A program made the position numbers and the translations under genes. Of a stretch of DNA of 64,000 nucleotides, positions 61,191-64,000 are shown piece by piece. The stretch lies in the NCBI GenBank assembly GCA_964016885.1, contig OZ024760.1, positions 32,550,001 to 32,614,000 on the forward strand, in the 5' to 3' direction. The notes below the pieces were generated by a model that was not told the DNA's origin, made no database searches, and was given only the letters and a program-made list of their open reading frames with translations. The stretch is from Eledone cirrhosa. Lineage: Eukaryota. Every line of letters starts with the position of its first letter. Position 1 is the stretch's first letter.

Positions 61191-64000
61191 GAACCCAGTC
61201 CACACTGTACAGTGGTTGTGTAGGTCTCAAGACAGAAAGCACCCAGTCCTCTCTGTACAGTGGTTGTGTAGGTCTCAAGACAGAAATCATCAGTCCACCC
61301 TGTACAGTGGTTGTGTAGGTCTCAAGACAGAAAGCACCTAGTCCACCCTGTACAGTGGTTGTGTAGCTCTCAAGACAGAAAGCACCCAGTCCACCCTGTA
61401 CAGTGGCTATGTAGGTCTCAAGACAGAAAGCATGCAGTCCACCATGTACATTGGTTGTGTAGGTCTCAAGACAGAAATCATCCAGTCCACCCTGTACAGT
61501 GGTTGTGTAGGTCTCAAGACAGAAAGCACACAGTCCACCCTGTACAGTGGTTGTTTAGGCCTCAAGACAGAAAGCACCCAGTCCACCCTATACAGTGGTT
61601 GTGTAGGTCTCAAGACAGAAAGCACCCAGTCGTCCCTGTACAGTGGTTGTGTAGGTCTCAAGACAGAAATCACACAGTCCACCCTATACAGTGGTTGTGT
61701 AGGTCTCAAGACAGAAAGCACCCAGTCCACACTGTACAGTGGTTGTGTAGGTCTCAAGACAGAAAGCACCCAGTCCACCCTGTACAGTGGTTGTGTAGGT
61801 CTCAAGACAGAAAGTGCCCAGTCCACCCTGTACAGTGGTTCTGTAGGTCTCAAGACAGAAATCACCCAGTCCACCCTGTACAGTGGTTGTGTAGGTCTCA
61901 AGACAGAAAGCACCCAGTCCACCCTGTACAGTGGTTGTGTAGGTCTCAAGACAGAAAGAACCCAGTCCACACTGTACAGTGGTTGTGTAGGTCTCAAGAC
62001 AGAAAGCACCCAGTCCACACTGTACAGTGGTTGTGTAGGTCTCAAGACAGAATGCACCCAGACCACCCTGTACAGTGGTCGTGTAGGTCTCAAGACAGAA
62101 AGCACCCAGTCCACCCTGTACAGTGGTTGTGTAGGTCTCAAGACAGAAAGAACCCAGTCCACACTGTACAGTGGTTGTGTAGGTCTCAAGACAGAAAGCA
62201 CCAAGTCCACACTGTACAGTGGTTGTGTAGGTCTCAAGACAGAAAGCACCCAGTCCTCCCTGTACAGTGGTTGTGTAGGTCTCAAGACAGAAAACACCCA
62301 GTCCACCCTGTACAGTGGTTGTGTAGGTCTCAAGTCAGAAAGCACCCAGTCCACCCTGTACAGTGGTTGTGTAGGTCTCAAGACAGAAATCACCTAGTCC
62401 ACCATGTACAGTGGTTGTGTTGATCTCAAGACAGAAAGCACGCAGTCCACCCTGTACAGTGGCTGTGTAGGTCTCAAGACAGAAAGCACCCAGTCCACCC
62501 TGTACACTGGTTGTGTAGGTCTCAAGACAGAAAGCACCCTGTCCACCCTGTACAGTGGTTGTTTAGGTCTCAAGACAGAAAGCACCCAGTCCTCCATGTA
62601 CAGTGGTTGTGTAGGTCTCAAGACAGAAAGCACCCAGTCCACCCTGTACAGTGGTTGTGTAGGTCCCAAGACAGAAGCACCCGGTCCACACTGTACAGTG
62701 GTTGTGTAGGTCTCAAGACAGAAAGCATCCAGTCCTCCCTGTACAGTGGTTGTGTAGGTCTCAAGACAGAAATCACCCAGACCACCCTGTACAGTGGTTG
62801 TGTAGGTCTCAAGACAGAAAGCACCTAGTCCACCCTGTAGAGTGGTTGTGTAGGTGTCAAGACAGAAAGCACCCAGTCCACAGTGTACAGTGGTTGTGTA
62901 GGTCTCTCGACAGAAAGCACCCAGTCCATCCTGTACAGTGGTTGTGTAGGTCTCAAGACAGAAAGCACCCAGTCCACCTTGTACAGTGGTTGTGTAGGTC
63001 TCAAGACAGAAAGCACCCAGTCCACACTGTACAGTGGTTGTGTAGGTCTCAAGACAGAAAGCACCCAGTCCACCCTGTACAGTGGTTGTGTAGGTCTCAA
63101 GACAGAAAGTGCCCAGTCCACCCTGTACAGTGGTTGTGTAGGTCTCAAGACAGAAATCACCCAGTCCACCCTGTACAGTGGTTGTGTAGGTCTCAAGACA
63201 GAAAGCACACAGTCCACCCTGTACAGTGGTTGTGTAGGTCTCAAAACAGAAAGAACCCAGTCCACACTGTACAGTGGTTGTGTAGGTCTCAAGACAGAAA
63301 GCACCCAGTCCACACTGTACAGTGGTTGTGTAGGTCTCAAGACAGAATGCACCCAGACCACCCTGTACAGTGGTCGTGTAGGTCTCAAGACAGAAAGTGC
63401 CCAGTCCACCCTGTACAGTGGTTGTGTAGGTCTCAAGACAGAAATCACCCAGTCCACCATGTACGGTGGTTGTGTAGGTCTCAAGACAGAATGCACGCAG
63501 TCCACCCTGTACAGTGGTTGTGTAGGTCTCAAGACAGAAAGGACCCAGTCCACACTGTACAGTGGTTGTGTAGGTCTCAAGACAGAAAGCACCCAGTCCA
63601 CAATGTACAGTGGTTGTGTAGGTCTCTCGACAGAAAGCACCCAGTCCATCCTGTAGAGTGGTTGTGTAGGTCTCAAGACAGAAAGCACCCAGTCCACCTT
63701 GTACAGTGGTTGTGTAGGTCTCAAGACAGAAAGCACCCAGTCCACACTGTACAGTGGTTGTGTAGGTCTCAAGACAGAAAGCACCCAGTCCACCCTGTAC
63801 AGTGGTTGTGTAGGTCTCAAGACAGAAAGTGCCCAGTCCACCCTGTACAGTGGTTGTGTAGGTCTCAAGACAGAAATCACCCAGTCCACCCTGTACAGTG
63901 GTTGTGTAGGTCTCAAGACAGAAAGCACACAGTCCACCCTGTACAATGGTTGTGTAGGTCTCAAGACAGAAAGAACCCAGTCCACACTGTACAGTGGTTG

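Larger units (their letters stand above)
1..64000. repeat. 48-bp satellite tandem array, about 1,330 head-to-tail monomers, open at both window ends
   Basis: The consensus AGAAAGCACCCAGTCCACCCTGTACAGTGGTTGTGTAGGTCTCAAGAC recurs every 48 bp (1, 49, 97, 145...) to the last base. Monomers typically differ from it by 0-3 substitutions. Rare 47-, 51- and 26-bp units occur. All ORF translations are 16-aa periodic. Confidence 0.99.

Noticed and set aside
31-63985. Hundreds of long ORFs (up to 1339 aa) with 16-aa repeats: RKHPVHPVQWLCRSQD, ESTQSTLYSGCVGLKT, VLRPTQPLYRVDWVLS, LETYTTTVQGGLGAFC
   Set aside because: These are expected from a 48-bp unit with four stop-free frames. They overlap on both strands, are broken by stops and frameshifts in every frame, mostly use non-ATG starts, and have no non-repetitive N- or C-terminal domain.
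1-64000. CRISPR array or repeat-spacer cassette system (conserved part plus variable part, internal palindromes)
   Set aside because: The variable part consists of point variants of one sequence rather than unique spacers. No leader, cas, recombinase or reverse transcriptase gene is present.
1-64000. Human 48-bp CER/D22Z3 satellite or DRD4 48-bp VNTR
   Set aside because: Only the unit length is shared. As I recall those consensus sequences, they do not resemble this monomer. A database search is needed to confirm.
1-64000. Synthetic concatemer or rolling-circle artefact (BsaI GGTCTC and BsrGI TGTACA sites in nearly every unit)
   Set aside because: Variants are inherited in nested, hierarchically diverged blocks, as expected from natural array evolution and not from random error or designed assembly. 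No vector or adapter sequence is seen.
1-64000. Telomeric repeats, G-quadruplex array or CENP-B box
   Set aside because: There are no TTAGGG arrays. The minus strand has only two GGG runs per 48 bp. The consensus lacks the CpGs required by the CENP-B box.

Overview
The whole 64-kb window is one uninterrupted, head-to-tail tandem array (satellite DNA) of a 48-bp monomer, consensus AGAAAGCACCCAGTCCACCCTGTACAGTGGTTGTGTAGGTCTCAAGAC. There are about 1,330 copies, all in one orientation, and the array runs off both ends of the window. I saw no unique sequence, gene, RNA gene, transposon or CRISPR array. The ORF track is an artefact: the unit length is divisible by 3 and 4 of 6 consensus frames lack a stop codon. 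The informative structure lies in the variants. Rare substitutions and indels reveal nested multi-monomer duplications of irregular length (about 240, 480/528, 1007, 1871, 2689, 4584, 4607, 4654, 5950 and ~6620 bp), zones of distinct variant haplotypes, a microhomology-joined 26-bp monomer, and older sequence shared between distant parts of the window. The CpG-free, 52% GC consensus suggests a methylated eukaryotic genome, but I cannot name the organism or satellite family. I found no supportable evidence for a novel gene-based system. Duplication boundaries were read by eye and from ORF-track offsets, so they are approximate (about one monomer).
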